Assembly (NCBI GenBank): GCA_964630595.1
Contig: CAZVVT010000001.1
Location: 568,813-632,812, forward strand
Direction of reading: 5' to 3'
Length of the DNA: 64,000 nucleotides
DNA from: an uncultured bacterium
GTDB lineage: Bacteria; Chlamydiota; Chlamydiia; Chlamydiales; VFKH01
A model generated the notes under the pieces. The model was not told where the DNA came from and made no database searches. It worked only from the letters and a program-made list of their open reading frames with translations. Below are positions 40,890 through 51,748 of this stretch, one piece after another (the stretch's first letter is position 1; each line of letters opens with the position of its first letter). A program made the position numbers and the translations under genes.

Positions 40890-43800
40890 GCTTTTTTCCG
40901 TCGTAGACGCTCCAAACAGATGAACACCACAGGCGTGAGGAAAAGCGTTAATAGCTGGGAAAACATCAACCCGCCTACAACAACTAACCCCAGCGGCCGG
41001 CGCGAACTTGCAGAAGAGCCAAAACCAATAGCGATAGGCAAAGCGCCCATGATCGCCGCTAGCGTTGTCATCATGATCGGACGAAATCTGATCATGCAAG
41101 CTTTGTGGATCGCATCATGCGCAGGCGCATTCTCTTCTTTCATAATGTCGAGAGCGTAGTCGATCATCATAATACCGTTTTTTTGCACGATACCGATGAG
41201 CAAAAAGAACCCCACCATCGCAAATAAGGAGAGCATTTCTCCAAACAAAAGCAGTGTAACAACGCCTCCGAGCACGGCCACAGGAAGAGCTGACAGCACC
41301 GTGAGAGGGAATATATAGCTTTCGTAGAGAACACCCAGAAGAATGTAAATCATGAAAACCGTCACGAATACCAGCACTAATAACCCAAACATCATAGCTT
41401 CAAATTCTGCAGCGGTACCAATCGATTGACCGCTCACTGATTTGGGCGCTAATTCCCGAATTTTCTCGCCAATCGTTTGTAGAGCCTGGCTTAAGGGCAA
41501 TTCTGGGCGCAAACTAAAGGCAATCGTCACCGCTGGCAATTGGTTGATGTGGTTGACCTGTGATGGCCCGGCAATACGCTGAATGTCGATCAGATCTTTG
41601 AGATACGTCAGCCCTCCATTCTTCGTATTCTTAATTTGAATGAGGTCTAAATTGCTCGGGTCTTGCTGATAGATCGGCAAGATCTCCATGATCACATAGT
41701 ACTGGTTGATAGGCGCATCAATTTCGGTAATTTTTCCCGTCGAATAGGCAAGCATCAGAGCATTTTCAATGTCTTTTGCTGAAATGCCCAAAATGGAGGC
41801 GTGTTCCCGCTGAATCGTCATTTTTAATTCAGGAGTGTTGATCAACATGTTGTTGTTCACGTTGATGAAGCCGGGTGTTTGTTGCAGCGCCGCAGTAATA
41901 TCACTTGCGGCCTGATAGAGATCTGCAGTGCTCAGAGAAGTAAGTGCATACTGAAAATCCGCATTGCTTCCTGTGCCCGAGTCGAGATTGAGCAGCGGAA
42001 GTGGCCGCATAAAGACGTTAATGCCGGGTACTTGCGTAACGAGTGGATAGAGCTCCTTCATTACGACATCGATGTTCTGGCGTGTGCCAAAAGGCTTTAA
42101 TCGAACAAAGCTAGTTCCTGCATTACTTGTTGTACTCGTCACAGCAACAACATCCTGAACATTGGGATTAGCCAGGAAAATCTTGTTTAGGCTCATCTGG
42201 TGAGCCGTATTGCTTGCTGATGAGATGCTTTGCGAGCTCTGCGTAGCAGCGATAATGAAGCCCATATCATCATCGGTAGAAAAGGTCGAAGACATCAGGT
42301 GGAAGCAAAGAACGGTGAGAGCAAGACAGCTAAGCCCTCCTAAAAGAGTCGTTTTAGGCCAATCCAAAACCTTTGTCAGCAGAGGATCGTAGATGCTGAT
42401 CAACTTATGGTTTAAGCGCTCTGAGAATGCCGAAAGGCGACTTACCTTATCGGCCTTTGCAACCAACTTTGCGCACAACATGGGTGTCAAAGTCAGTGCA
42501 ATCGCACCGGAAATCAAGATGGCCACTGCAATGGTGACTGCAAACTCATGGAAGAGCGCTCCCAGCATTCCCGGAAGAAAAAGAATGGGAATAAATACGA
42601 TGGAGAGCGCAAGCGTCATCGTAAATACAGTTGTGCTGATTTGTTTAGATCCGTCCAGAGCAGCCTGTAGAGGCGTTTTTCCCATTTCCGTATGACGCAC
42701 AATATTTTCTAAAACGACAATGGCATCGTCGACAACGAAACCAATGGAAAGAGAAAGAGCCATCAAGGAAAGCGTATCGATGCTGTAATTGAACAGATAC
42801 ATCACAGCAAAAGTGGCAACGATAGTGACGGGAAGAACAACACTGGGAATCAGCGTATCCGTGACGCGTCCTAAATAGATGAAGATCACCGCTACGACCA
42901 GAATAATGGAGAGAAAAAGAGTGAAAATCACATCGTGCACCGATTCATTGATCACTGCCGAGCGATCAAAAATCGTCTTGAGAGAGATGTTTCCAGGCAG
43001 CTGCGCTTGCAGCGACGGCATCAGATCATTGATTGCTTTGTTGATCGCTACTGTGTTCGCTCCCGCCTGCCTACGGATGGCCAACACAACGCACATCTCT
43101 TGTGTGTCACGATCTACGAAATAACTCAGCTGCTTGTTATTTTGTACGCTATCGATGGTATTGCCCAATTCACTCAAGCGAGCAAAGGTGCCATCTTGCG
43201 CTTTGTAAACGATCTGGTTGTATCCATCCCCATTCATCAATTGGCCATCGTCAGCAAAAAGAAAAAACTCTTGCTGGCCATCAATATTGCCGATGGGTTG
43301 GTAGACGTTGGCTGACATCACTGTCTGTGCAAGCGTTGCAAAGTCTTGACCGCGCGCTGCCACCAGCTGCGGATCGAGTTGAATGCGGGGCGAATAGGGT
43401 GTGCCATACACCTGCACTTGCGCTACGCCCGGCACCAGCGAAATGCGCTCTCCAATGTAGGTATTACCCCAATCGTAAAGCTCTCCCAGTGGCGCGGTAT
43501 AAGAGCTTAAGCGCAGGTAAAGAATGGGCGCATCTGCGGGGTTTACACGCTGATAGGTCGGATTGGCGGGCAGATTCTGCGGCAGCTGGGTCAGCGCGCC
43601 GGAAATAGCGCCGTTCACGTCGGAGGCCGCTCCATTCAAGTCGGTATCCATGGTGAATTGCAGCACAATCTGCGTCTGCCCCAATGTGTTTTGGGAGGTC
43701 ATCATCGACAGCCCCTCGATCGACATGAAGGCCTTTTCCAGCGGCGTGGCGACTGAGTTCGCCATCGTATCGGGGTTAGCGCCGGGCAGGCCCGCTGTCA

Positions 43801-43939
43801 CCACAAGAACGGGATACTCCGCAGCGGGCAAATCGCTCACCGGCAAGCGGATGTAGGAAAGCACTCCAAAGAAAACAATCGCAATCATGACCAGAGTGGT
43901 CATTACAGGACGTTCGATGAAGGGCTTAGAGAGGTTCAT
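40886..43939 (-). CDS. RND efflux pump inner-membrane transporter (AcrB/HAE1-like)
   Basis: 1017 aa with the FIERPVMTTLVMIAIVFFG N-terminus and a 12-TM/2-loop architecture typical of AcrB. Confidence 0.9.
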   Translation of the reverse strand: MNLSKPFIERPVMTTLVMIAIVFFGVLSYIRLPVSDLPAAEYPVLVVTAGLPGANPDTMANSVATPLEKAFMSIEGLSMMTSQNTLGQTQIVLQFTMDTDLNGAASDVNGAISGALTQLPQNLPANPTYQRVNPADAPILYLRLSSYTAPLGELYDWGNTYIGERISLVPGVAQVQVYGTPYSPRIQLDPQLVAARGQDFATLAQTVMSANVYQPIGNIDGQQEFFLFADDGQLMNGDGYNQIVYKAQDGTFARLSELGNTIDSVQNNKQLSYFVDRDTQEMCVVLAIRRQAGANTVAINKAINDLMPSLQAQLPGNISLKTIFDRSAVINESVHDVIFTLFLSIILVVAVIFIYLGRVTDTLIPSVVLPVTIVATFAVMYLFNYSIDTLSLMALSLSIGFVVDDAIVVLENIVRHTEMGKTPLQAALDGSKQISTTVFTMTLALSIVFIPILFLPGMLGALFHEFAVTIAVAILISGAIALTLTPMLCAKLVAKADKVSRLSAFSERLNHKLISIYDPLLTKVLDWPKTTLLGGLSCLALTVLCFHLMSSTFSTDDDMGFIIAATQSSQSISSASNTAHQMSLNKIFLANPNVQDVVAVTSTTSNAGTSFVRLKPFGTRQNIDVVMKELYPLVTQVPGINVFMRPLPLLNLDSGTGSNADFQYALTSLSTADLYQAASDITAALQQTPGFINVNNNMLINTPELKMTIQREHASILGISAKDIENALMLAYSTGKITEIDAPINQYYVIMEILPIYQQDPSNLDLIQIKNTKNGGLTYLKDLIDIQRIAGPSQVNHINQLPAVTIAFSLRPELPLSQALQTIGEKIRELAPKSVSGQSIGTAAEFEAMMFGLLVLVFVTVFMIYILLGVLYESYIFPLTVLSALPVAVLGGVVTLLLFGEMLSLFAMVGFFLLIGIVQKNGIMMIDYALDIMKEENAPAHDAIHKACMIRFRPIMMTTLAAIMGALPIAIGFGSSASSRRPLGLVVVGGLMFSQLLTLFLTPVVFICLERLRRKKA

Positions 43940-44985
43940 TTGACGCTAACAGGCGCTCCATCAAAGAGATTTAATTGCCCATCGGTGACGACCAAATCGC
44001 CCTTGTTCAAGCCGGAGAGCACCTGAACTGTTGTATCCGTGCCTACTCCCAAGGTAATAATCGCCGATTTCGTTGTCATATCGGACTGCACAACCCAGAC
44101 ATAAGCCCCATTCTGGCCATACTGTACGGCCATTTTCGGAATCGTTAGAGCATTGTGAATAGAGCCTAAATCAACGCGCAGGCGAGTGAATTGTCCCGGC
44201 CATAATTTCAAATCGTTGTTATCAAAACGCGCTTTGAGTGCAATGGTACCCGTGTTGATATTCACCTCATTGTCCAAGGCGTATAGAGCTCCTTGAGCGG
44301 GCTGCTGGCTGGGATCTAAAAAAGTGGCCTGAACGAGCACGCTGGCAGCCGAACGCACTTTATTCAAATCTCGCTCTGAAAGAGAAAAGAGCACATCGAG
44401 CGGCTGCACTTGAGTCAGCGTAACAAGAGTGTCTTGGGTGTTGGCAATGTTGCCCACCTGATAGTTCATAAAACCCATTACGCCATCAATGGGAGCAACA
44501 ATCTGCGTATATCCCAAATTGGTTTTCGCCGTTTCTACATCGGCTAAAGCAGACAGAAGATTTCCTTTGGCATCGAGCAACTCTTTTTCATAATTTGCCA
44601 TGTCCAAAACAGAGATAAAATCTTGTTCTACCAGTTTGCTATAACTATCGTAGCTGGCTTGCGCATAGACTAAGTTGGCCTTTGCCGCATCGAGCGAACC
44701 ACGCGCTCTCTGCACGTCGGCTAAAAATAGAGTGGGATCGATGGCCACCAAAAGATCCCCTCGATGCACCATATCCCCCTGCTTGAAAGGAACCGCGGTG
44801 ATTTGTCCGCTCACTTGCGCCTTGACATCGACGGTGTTAGGTGGCGTCAACGTACCAAAGGAAGTGATGTAGATGGGGATATCCGCCTCTTGTACCGCTT
44901 GCGCTGTGACAGGATATTCTACCTTTGCCTCGGGCGGCTTCTTGCATCCTGCAAGAAGAACCAGCAACAGAACCAATATTCTCAC
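43936..44985 (-). CDS. RND efflux membrane fusion (periplasmic adaptor) lipoprotein
   Basis: Lipobox LLAGCKK, biotinyl-lipoyl-like and beta-barrel HlyD-type regions, ATGA coupling to the pump gene. Confidence 0.85.
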   Translation of the reverse strand: MRILVLLLVLLAGCKKPPEAKVEYPVTAQAVQEADIPIYITSFGTLTPPNTVDVKAQVSGQITAVPFKQGDMVHRGDLLVAIDPTLFLADVQRARGSLDAAKANLVYAQASYDSYSKLVEQDFISVLDMANYEKELLDAKGNLLSALADVETAKTNLGYTQIVAPIDGVMGFMNYQVGNIANTQDTLVTLTQVQPLDVLFSLSERDLNKVRSAASVLVQATFLDPSQQPAQGALYALDNEVNINTGTIALKARFDNNDLKLWPGQFTRLRVDLGSIHNALTIPKMAVQYGQNGAYVWVVQSDMTTKSAIITLGVGTDTTVQVLSGLNKGDLVVTDGQLNLFDGAPVSVK

Positions 44986-46355
44986 GGTGTCACCTCTTGG
45001 CTCACTAACACCCCACCTGTATACGCCAAATTGGCCATTGAAGTGTGCACTTGTGTTTCAGAACTGATCAAACTCGATCGTGCATCGCTCAACGTAGCCT
45101 CGGCATTGATCACATCGACAATGTCCTTCGTTCCCTTTTTATACCCCGTCAAATTGGAGTCAAAGGAGTCGCGCGCATATTCTAAATATTTTACAGAATA
45201 ATCATAGCTCTCTAAAGCTGTAAGAACCGAATTATAATTCGTAACCACATCGAGCTTTGCCTCCAACTGTGATTGGTCGTAACTATAGAGCTGCGCCTCT
45301 AGGGAGGCCAAATTTTGTTGGATATTTCCCTGAATATAAAACCCGGTAAAGATGGGGTAGCTCAACGAAAGATCTGTGACATAGGTAAGCCCGGGCGAAT
45401 TACCGATTTTGAGATACCAGGTTTTCTCCACATAGCCCGAAAAACTGATCGAGGGATAATTCTGTGACTCTGTTGCCAGCAAGGTATGGTACTGCGCCTT
45501 AATGGCAGCCCTTAACGAAGCTAAATCGGCGCGACAACACTTTGCACGCGCCACGAGATACTCCACATCATGGCGCAATTTGAGCGTTTCAATCGGCGCC
45601 GGCTCTGCTAAAACCATTTTATAGGTGGGGTCAAGGCCAATATTTACAGCCGTTTGCGCCAAAGAATTAGAAAGATTACCTTGGGCTGAAACAACGTTAA
45701 GTTTTGCTTTTGTATAATTAGCTGCAGCCTGCGCTACGTCCACGTGGGTGGCCAAGCCCGCTTTCTTTTTCGCCTCAGAAAGGTCCAGCACTGTCTTTGC
45801 ATCATGTAAATCGGCTTCTCGTGCAACAAGCTGACTTCGTGCATTGATCGAGGCCCAATAGGATTGAATCGTGTTGATCATGACCGTTTGGATCTGCCAG
45901 TTGTAGCTCCACGAAGCAGCATATAGCGTAGCGCAGGCAGCGGCCGCGGTATTTTCCCGTCCTCCAAAGTCCCAAAGCAGATAGTTTAAATAAACAGCGG
46001 CGTCAAAACTGCTATAAGTAATTCCTGAAAATGCCTGCGCAACAGCGGGAAAGCGTTCGCGATTGACATCGATTGTCCCCGTCACACTCGGATAGTACGA
46101 AGACTCTGCTATCGTCACGCCAGCTGCTGCAGCGCGCGCCTGGCTCCAGGACTGCTTCGTCAGCGGGCTGTTGTAGAGCGTGAGATCCACCAATTCGCCG
46201 AGAGAGACTGACTGGTTGTCGACGGGCAGAGCCGGACATTTATTACACGGTGGCGGCTTTGGCTTAACTGTGGGAATGCAGGGCGAAAGCGGCAATATCG
46301 GAACATTTTGCGAACAGGCAGTCAGAAATAGGAGAGCGAGAAAAAGCAGCCGCAT
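44982..46355 (-). CDS. Outer membrane efflux lipoprotein (TolC/NodT family)
   Basis: Lipobox FLTACSQ, two OEP repeats with a coiled-coil pattern, first gene of the efflux operon. Confidence 0.85.
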   Translation of the reverse strand: MRLLFLALLFLTACSQNVPILPLSPCIPTVKPKPPPCNKCPALPVDNQSVSLGELVDLTLYNSPLTKQSWSQARAAAAGVTIAESSYYPSVTGTIDVNRERFPAVAQAFSGITYSSFDAAVYLNYLLWDFGGRENTAAAACATLYAASWSYNWQIQTVMINTIQSYWASINARSQLVAREADLHDAKTVLDLSEAKKKAGLATHVDVAQAAANYTKAKLNVVSAQGNLSNSLAQTAVNIGLDPTYKMVLAEPAPIETLKLRHDVEYLVARAKCCRADLASLRAAIKAQYHTLLATESQNYPSISFSGYVEKTWYLKIGNSPGLTYVTDLSLSYPIFTGFYIQGNIQQNLASLEAQLYSYDQSQLEAKLDVVTNYNSVLTALESYDYSVKYLEYARDSFDSNLTGYKKGTKDIVDVINAEATLSDARSSLISSETQVHTSMANLAYTGGVLVSQEVTP

Positions 46356-46378
46356 GAGTAAAAGGGGATTTATAGCCC

Positions 46379-48214
46379 CTAATCACTATAGCGTCTAGTA
46401 CTTGGCACAACTTGTAAGAAATGTTTTGGGATCTCGCTGCAAAAACGACTGGGTCGCATGACACGAAACGTGCCCCACAACTTGCGCGTGCGCGATGCAC
46501 ACAGCGTTAGTTGCTCCTTCGCGCGCGTCATGCCGACATAGCAGAGGCGCCGCTCCTCTTCAATGCCCTCAGGTGACGAGCGCGAGTTGGCATGCGGAAA
46601 GAGCTCTTCTTCCAAACCGACGAGAAAAGCGTAGTTGAACTCGAGCCCTTTGCCGTTGTGAATCGTCATAAGAGAGACCTTTTCGGTACTCATGTCTGCC
46701 TCGTCCAGCTGCGATTTGAGAGAAAGCTCTTCGAGGAATGCCTCCAAGCTGCCCTCCCATTCGCTCGCTTTTGTCACCAATTCGCTCACGTTCTCTTTGC
46801 GATCATCGGCCGTCTCGGGGTCTTCTTCGAGCGCCTCGCGTATGCCGCTGCGTTTGACCGTCTCGGCAACAATATCGCCGACGGAAAGCGTCTGCGCTAA
46901 CACGCGCAGCTGCGTAAGCACCTCCACATACTCTTGTAAGCCGCTCTTTTGCTTCGCCGAAAGTTTGATGCCTTCCCCTGAGACGATTCGCGCAAGTGCA
47001 TGAACGATCGGCAGTTGCTGCTCGCCTGCCCACGCCGTGATCTTCTCCAGCGAGGCTTCGCCAAAACCGCGCTTGGGTAGATTGATCGTGCGCCAAAAAG
47101 AGACGATATCCGTGGGATTCGAGATCAGACGCAAATAGGCGAGCACGTCCTTGATCTCTTTGCGCTGATAGAAGGAGACGCCGCCGACAATCACGTACGG
47201 GATTTTGCGTCGCAAAAGGGCATCCTCAAAAGTTCGTGACTGAAAGTTGGTGCGGTAGAAGATCACCATCTCACTTAAACGAGAGCCTTGCCGCCGCGCA
47301 TCTTCGATTTGGCGCACGACAAAATATGCCTCATCATGTTCATCATCAGCAATATAGAGACGAACCTTGGGCCCCTCGCCACGCTCACTCCAGAGGTTTT
47401 TTTCCAATCGTCCTTCGTTGTTGCGAATGACAGCATTGGCGGCCTCCAGGATATTGCTGCGACTACGGTAGTTCTGTTCTAGGCGAACGATGGGGGCGCC
47501 GGGAAAATCCTGCTGGAAGTGCAAAATATTGCGAATGTTCGCACCGCGCCAGGAGTAGATCGACTGATCGGGGTCGCCTACGGCAAAGAGGTTGAGACTC
47601 TCCTTGGAGAGCATCTTGGCGAGGCTATACTGCGCTGCGTTGGTGTCTTGGTACTCGTCGATGAGGAGATAGCGCCAACGTTGTTGGTACTCGGCAAGCA
47701 CTTCGGGGTGCTCGCGGAAAAGCTTAACGGGCAGCACCAAAAGGTCGTCAAAGTCGACGGCGCCACACTCGCGCAATTTCTTCGTATAGGGCTCGAGAAT
47801 GGCATCCTCTTTCAGGCCGTTTTTGAGCTGGGAGATCTGCTGGCGAGCGACTTTGGGATCCTCCACCATGGGGCGCAAGATCTTGAGGACATCCTCCTCG
47901 TCATAGATGGTGAAGTTTTTCGGCAGGCCAAGAACCTCCCCCTTTTCGCGCAAGATGCGCACTCCTAAGCTATGGAAAGTGCAGATGAGAACGTTGGCTG
48001 CCGTGCGGTGGCGTACCCTCTCCGCCATCTCACCGGCTGCCTTATTGGTGAAGGTCATCGCCAAAATGGACTCGGGCGCCACGCCACTCTCGATAAGATG
48101 GATGATCCGCTCGGTGACAATGCGGGTCTTGCCGCTGCCTGCACCTGCAAGCACTAAGAGGGGGCCGTCGCGGTGGTGCACAGCAGTCTTTTGAGCGGAA
48201 TTGAGATCTACCAT
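46379..48214 (-). CDS. uvrD: ATP-dependent DNA helicase, UvrD/PcrA/Rep family
   Basis: LAGAGSGKTRIV (motif I), LLIDEYQDTN (motif II), YVGMTRAK (motif VI). Confidence 0.9.
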   Translation of the reverse strand: MVDLNSAQKTAVHHRDGPLLVLAGAGSGKTRIVTERIIHLIESGVAPESILAMTFTNKAAGEMAERVRHRTAANVLICTFHSLGVRILREKGEVLGLPKNFTIYDEEDVLKILRPMVEDPKVARQQISQLKNGLKEDAILEPYTKKLRECGAVDFDDLLVLPVKLFREHPEVLAEYQQRWRYLLIDEYQDTNAAQYSLAKMLSKESLNLFAVGDPDQSIYSWRGANIRNILHFQQDFPGAPIVRLEQNYRSRSNILEAANAVIRNNEGRLEKNLWSERGEGPKVRLYIADDEHDEAYFVVRQIEDARRQGSRLSEMVIFYRTNFQSRTFEDALLRRKIPYVIVGGVSFYQRKEIKDVLAYLRLISNPTDIVSFWRTINLPKRGFGEASLEKITAWAGEQQLPIVHALARIVSGEGIKLSAKQKSGLQEYVEVLTQLRVLAQTLSVGDIVAETVKRSGIREALEEDPETADDRKENVSELVTKASEWEGSLEAFLEELSLKSQLDEADMSTEKVSLMTIHNGKGLEFNYAFLVGLEEELFPHANSRSSPEGIEEERRLCYVGMTRAKEQLTLCASRTRKLWGTFRVMRPSRFCSEIPKHFLQVVPSTRRYSD

Positions 48215-48226
48215 AGAATACGGTCA

Positions 48227-49435
48227 GTGATTGTACGCCTCCTTCTTTTCTTTTTCTGCTTCTCTCTTTCCGCTCAGGTGACTGTCGGACTCGATCGTCT
48301 GCTCGATGAGCCTACGTTTCAGCCACTTATCGCTGGAAAACGGGTGGGATTAATCACCAACCACACTGCGCTGTGCCGGGACGGGAAGCTCGCCATGGAT
48401 CGCATGCATGAAAGCCGCCGCCTGGTAGCTCTCTTCGCTCCCGAGCATGGGCTGACGGGAACTTCGTATGCAGCCGACTTCGTCGAGGATGGACTATATA
48501 AGGGGGAGGTACGCGTCTACTCGCTACATGGAGCCACGCGCCGCCCGACAAAAGAGATGCTCAAGAACGTCGACGTTCTGGTCTTCGACATCCAGGATAT
48601 TGGTTCGCGTTCGTACACCTATATTTCGACCCTCTTCTATGCGATGGAGGAAGCGGCCAAGGCGGGCATCCCCGTCATTGTGGCCGACCGCCCTAACCCG
48701 ATGGGAGGGCTGATTGTGGACGGCGTGGGTGTTGAAGAGAAGTGCCGCTCTTTCTTGGGGTACATCGACATTCCCTACTGCCACGGCATGACGGTGGGAG
48801 AGCTCGCTCTCTATTTCAACGACCAATACCGCGTAGGCTGCGATGTGACCGTGGTTCCTATGAGCGGCTGGCATCGCTCGATGCTCTTTTACAACACAGG
48901 CCTCATCTGGGTGCCCACCTCTCCCAACATCCCCGAGGTCGACACCCCTCTTTTCTACTCGATGTGCGGCATCGTCGGAGAAATCAAGCTGATCAACAAT
49001 GGCGTGGGTTACACGCTGCCCTTCAAGGTCGTTGCTGCTCCCTGGATCGATGCAGAGCAGCTGGCGGAAAAGCTCAACCAGCAGCGCTTTCCCGGCGTGA
49101 CTTTCCTACCGATTCACCTCAAACCCTTCTTCGGCCCGATGCAGGAAAAGCTCTGCCACGGCGTGCAGATTGTGGTGACCGATCCTAAGAAACTGCTGCC
49201 GGTGCAGACGCAGTATCTCATCGTCGGCATGCTAAAAACGCTCTACCGAAAGCAGTTTGATGAGGCCATTGCCAAAGTCAACCCCACCACCTTTGGAAAA
49301 ATTTCTGGTAAAGAAGAGGTGTTGCGTATTTTGAAGGAGGAAAAGTACGCTATTTGGAAGCTGCGCGCCCTAGCTCAAGAAGACCGACAACGCTTCATGG
49401 CCTCCCGCGCTCGCTACCTTCTTTACCCGGAGTAA
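48227..49435 (+). CDS. DUF1343 / NamZ-like exo-beta-N-acetylmuramidase
   Basis: GLITNHTA, FAPEHGL, VFDIQDIGSRSYTYIST. Signal-like VIVRLLLFFFCFSLSAQ. Start uncertain: GTG 48227 or GTG 48173, which would overlap uvrD. Confidence 0.7.
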   Translation: MIVRLLLFFFCFSLSAQVTVGLDRLLDEPTFQPLIAGKRVGLITNHTALCRDGKLAMDRMHESRRLVALFAPEHGLTGTSYAADFVEDGLYKGEVRVYSLHGATRRPTKEMLKNVDVLVFDIQDIGSRSYTYISTLFYAMEEAAKAGIPVIVADRPNPMGGLIVDGVGVEEKCRSFLGYIDIPYCHGMTVGELALYFNDQYRVGCDVTVVPMSGWHRSMLFYNTGLIWVPTSPNIPEVDTPLFYSMCGIVGEIKLINNGVGYTLPFKVVAAPWIDAEQLAEKLNQQRFPGVTFLPIHLKPFFGPMQEKLCHGVQIVVTDPKKLLPVQTQYLIVGMLKTLYRKQFDEAIAKVNPTTFGKISGKEEVLRILKEEKYAIWKLRALAQEDRQRFMASRARYLLYPE

Positions 49436-49439
49436 TTCC

Positions 49440-50060
49440 ATGGCTGGCGCCGTAGATCGTAGACCCCTTCTTGTCATCCCTGAGGACTATTTTGAGCCTC
49501 TTTCAAAAGATGTGATTTCTCGCATCAGGGGAAAGTCTTTTCAGGATCTTGGACCCATATCATTGAAAGATTTGTGTTATTTACGAATAGATCACGTTAA
49601 TTTTGCTGGAGAATGGTCTGAAGGTGAGATTATTGTTCATAAGAACATTGCCGCAAAGGTGCAGAGCATCTTTACACAGCTCTTCGAACAAGGATATCCG
49701 ATTCAGTCGATGCGGTTGATTGATGACTTTGATGCCGATGACCATAGATCAATGGCTGCGAATAACACTTCTGCCTTCTGCATGAGGCCCATTACGGGCG
49801 GCGTGAGGTGGTCCGAACATAGCTACGGCACGGCGATCGATCTCAATCCCCTCTACAATCCCTATGTAAAAGGGGCAACAGTTTTGCCGCCCGAGGGGGC
49901 TGAGTGGGCAGATCGCACGAAGCGTCACCGGGCAACCATTACCGACGCCGTTGTAAAAATCTTTACAGACCAAGGGTTCGAATGGGGTGGAGACTTCGAA
50001 GGCCGCAAGGACTACCACCACTTTGAATACCCACGAGAGAACTTGGATCAAACCGACTAG
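49440..50060 (+). CDS. Peptidase M15 (VanY-like D-Ala-D-Ala / LD-carboxypeptidase family)
   Basis: SEHSYGTAIDLNP and WGGDF...DYHHFEY, a Zn-ligand pattern typical of M15. Confidence 0.75.
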   Translation: MAGAVDRRPLLVIPEDYFEPLSKDVISRIRGKSFQDLGPISLKDLCYLRIDHVNFAGEWSEGEIIVHKNIAAKVQSIFTQLFEQGYPIQSMRLIDDFDADDHRSMAANNTSAFCMRPITGGVRWSEHSYGTAIDLNPLYNPYVKGATVLPPEGAEWADRTKRHRATITDAVVKIFTDQGFEWGGDFEGRKDYHHFEYPRENLDQTD

Positions 50061-50079
50061 TTGAGTTAAGCTACACCTT

Positions 50080-51132
50080 ATGGCAACGACACAAGAAGAA
50101 TCGAAGAAGAAAGCACTCGAAGCGGCGATCTCGCACATTGAGCGACAGTTTGGCGAAGGCGCCATCATGAGCCTCGGCAAACACTCCAAGGCGCGTGAGA
50201 TTGGCGTGATTAAAACGGGCTGCATCGCCCTCGACATTGCCCTGGGCATTGGCGGAGTTCCGCGCGGTCGTGTTGTCGAAATTTTCGGTCCTGAGTCCTC
50301 CGGCAAGTCGACACTGGCGACACACATCGTGGCCAATGCGCAGAAAGCAGGCGGTGTGGCTGCCTATATCGACGCGGAGCACGCTCTTGACCCAGGCTAC
50401 GCAGCGAAGATTGGCGTAAATGTGAACAACTTGATGATTTCACAGCCCGATTGCGGTGAAGATGCATTGAACATTGCCGAGACGCTAGCTCGATCCGGCG
50501 CAGTCGATGTCATTGTCATCGACTCTGTTGCGGCGCTGGTGCCCAAAAGCGAACTCGAAGGGGAAATCGGCGATGTGCAGATGGGCTCGCAAGCGCGCAT
50601 GATGTCGCAGGCTCTGCGCAAACTTGCCTCCTCGCTGGCGAAGAGCAACACCTGCGCGATTTTCATCAACCAGATCCGCGACAAGATTGGCGTAATGTTC
50701 GGCAGCCCCGAGACCACCACAGGCGGCCGCGCGCTGAAGTTCTACTCCTCCATTCGTCTCGATATCCGCCGTATCGGCAGCATTAAACAGGGCGAAACGC
50801 CCGACATCGGCAACCGCGTGCGCGTCAAGGTCGTCAAGAACAAGATGGCGCCCCCTTTCCGCTCCGCCGAGTTCGACATCCTCTTCAACGAGGGCATCTC
50901 TCATACCGGCTCCGTTATCGACATGGCCCTTGACCTCAACATCATTGAGAAGAAGGGTTCCTGGTTCTCCTACCAGAACAACCGCCTCGGCCAAGGCCGC
51001 GAGCAGGTTCGCGATGAGCTGAAAAAGAATGCCAAGCTGCTTCAAGAGCTGGAAGCGCAGGTTTACTTAAAGGCGGCACAAAACCCCGCCGCCCGCCTCG
51101 GCCCCGAAGAGATCGACGCGGCGCTTAATTAA
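50080..51132 (+). CDS. recA: Recombinase A
   Basis: [14 protein letters not shown]alker A; full-length RecA collinearity. Confidence 0.97.
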   Translation: MATTQEESKKKALEAAISHIERQFGEGAIMSLGKHSKAREIGVIKTGCIALDIALGIGGVPRGRVVEIFGPESSGKSTLATHIVANAQKAGGVAAYIDAEHALDPGYAAKIGVNVNNLMISQPDCGEDALNIAETLARSGAVDVIVIDSVAALVPKSELEGEIGDVQMGSQARMMSQALRKLASSLAKSNTCAIFINQIRDKIGVMFGSPETTTGGRALKFYSSIRLDIRRIGSIKQGETPDIGNRVRVKVVKNKMAPPFRSAEFDILFNEGISHTGSVIDMALDLNIIEKKGSWFSYQNNRLGQGREQVRDELKKNAKLLQELEAQVYLKAAQNPAARLGPEEIDAALN

Positions 51133-51748
51133 GCCGCTCGCGCGCTTCGGCAATCGGTCTTGTGCGCCAGTAGTCGTACTCTTCCCAGGAGATAAGGCAA
51201 CTGGCAGGGACATTGTCTACACACAAAATGCCCTGTAAATGGTCGATTTCGTGCTGCAGAATGCGTGCATACCACCCTTTAGCAACGATATGGACCGGCT
51301 CTGCTTGTTCGTTGAGAGCTGTGACATGGACAATGCGCGAACGGCAACGGAGCACCGCGTGGTCGGGCACGCTGAGGCACCCTTCAAAAAATGCGACCTC
51401 TCCCTCTCTGTAGGTAATGCGCGGATTGATGAGGACGTGAAAAGCAATTGGCTCTCGCTCGCGCTCTTCTAAAACAGCTGGATCAATGTCTTTGAGAAAC
51501 TCTTCTCGATCTTGCACCACAACCAGCTGAATCGATTCTCCGATTTGCGGAGCGGCAAGACCCACGCCCTGGTCGTATACCGTCTCCTTCATGTTCGCAA
51601 TCAGCTGCTGGATCTCTGGGCTGACGATCTCCTCTTTCGATAAGGCCCGCGCTTGCGCGCGAAGGACGGGATCAGGAACAGATACAATGGGAAGTTGCTT
51701 AGAAACTAACATTGAAAAAGTCATAAGCGAAATGAAAATCCATTTCAT
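51125..51748 (-). CDS. def: Peptide deformylase
   Basis: [27 protein letters not shown] 51748 overlaps the rpoD stop (ATGA) and adds a hydrophobic N-terminal extension. Alternative starts at 51724 and 51712. Confidence 0.9.
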   Translation of the reverse strand: MKWIFISLMTFSMLVSKQLPIVSVPDPVLRAQARALSKEEIVSPEIQQLIANMKETVYDQGVGLAAPQIGESIQLVVVQDREEFLKDIDPAVLEEREREPIAFHVLINPRITYREGEVAFFEGCLSVPDHAVLRCRSRIVHVTALNEQAEPVHIVAKGWYARILQHEIDHLQGILCVDNVPASCLISWEEYDYWRTRPIAEARERLN

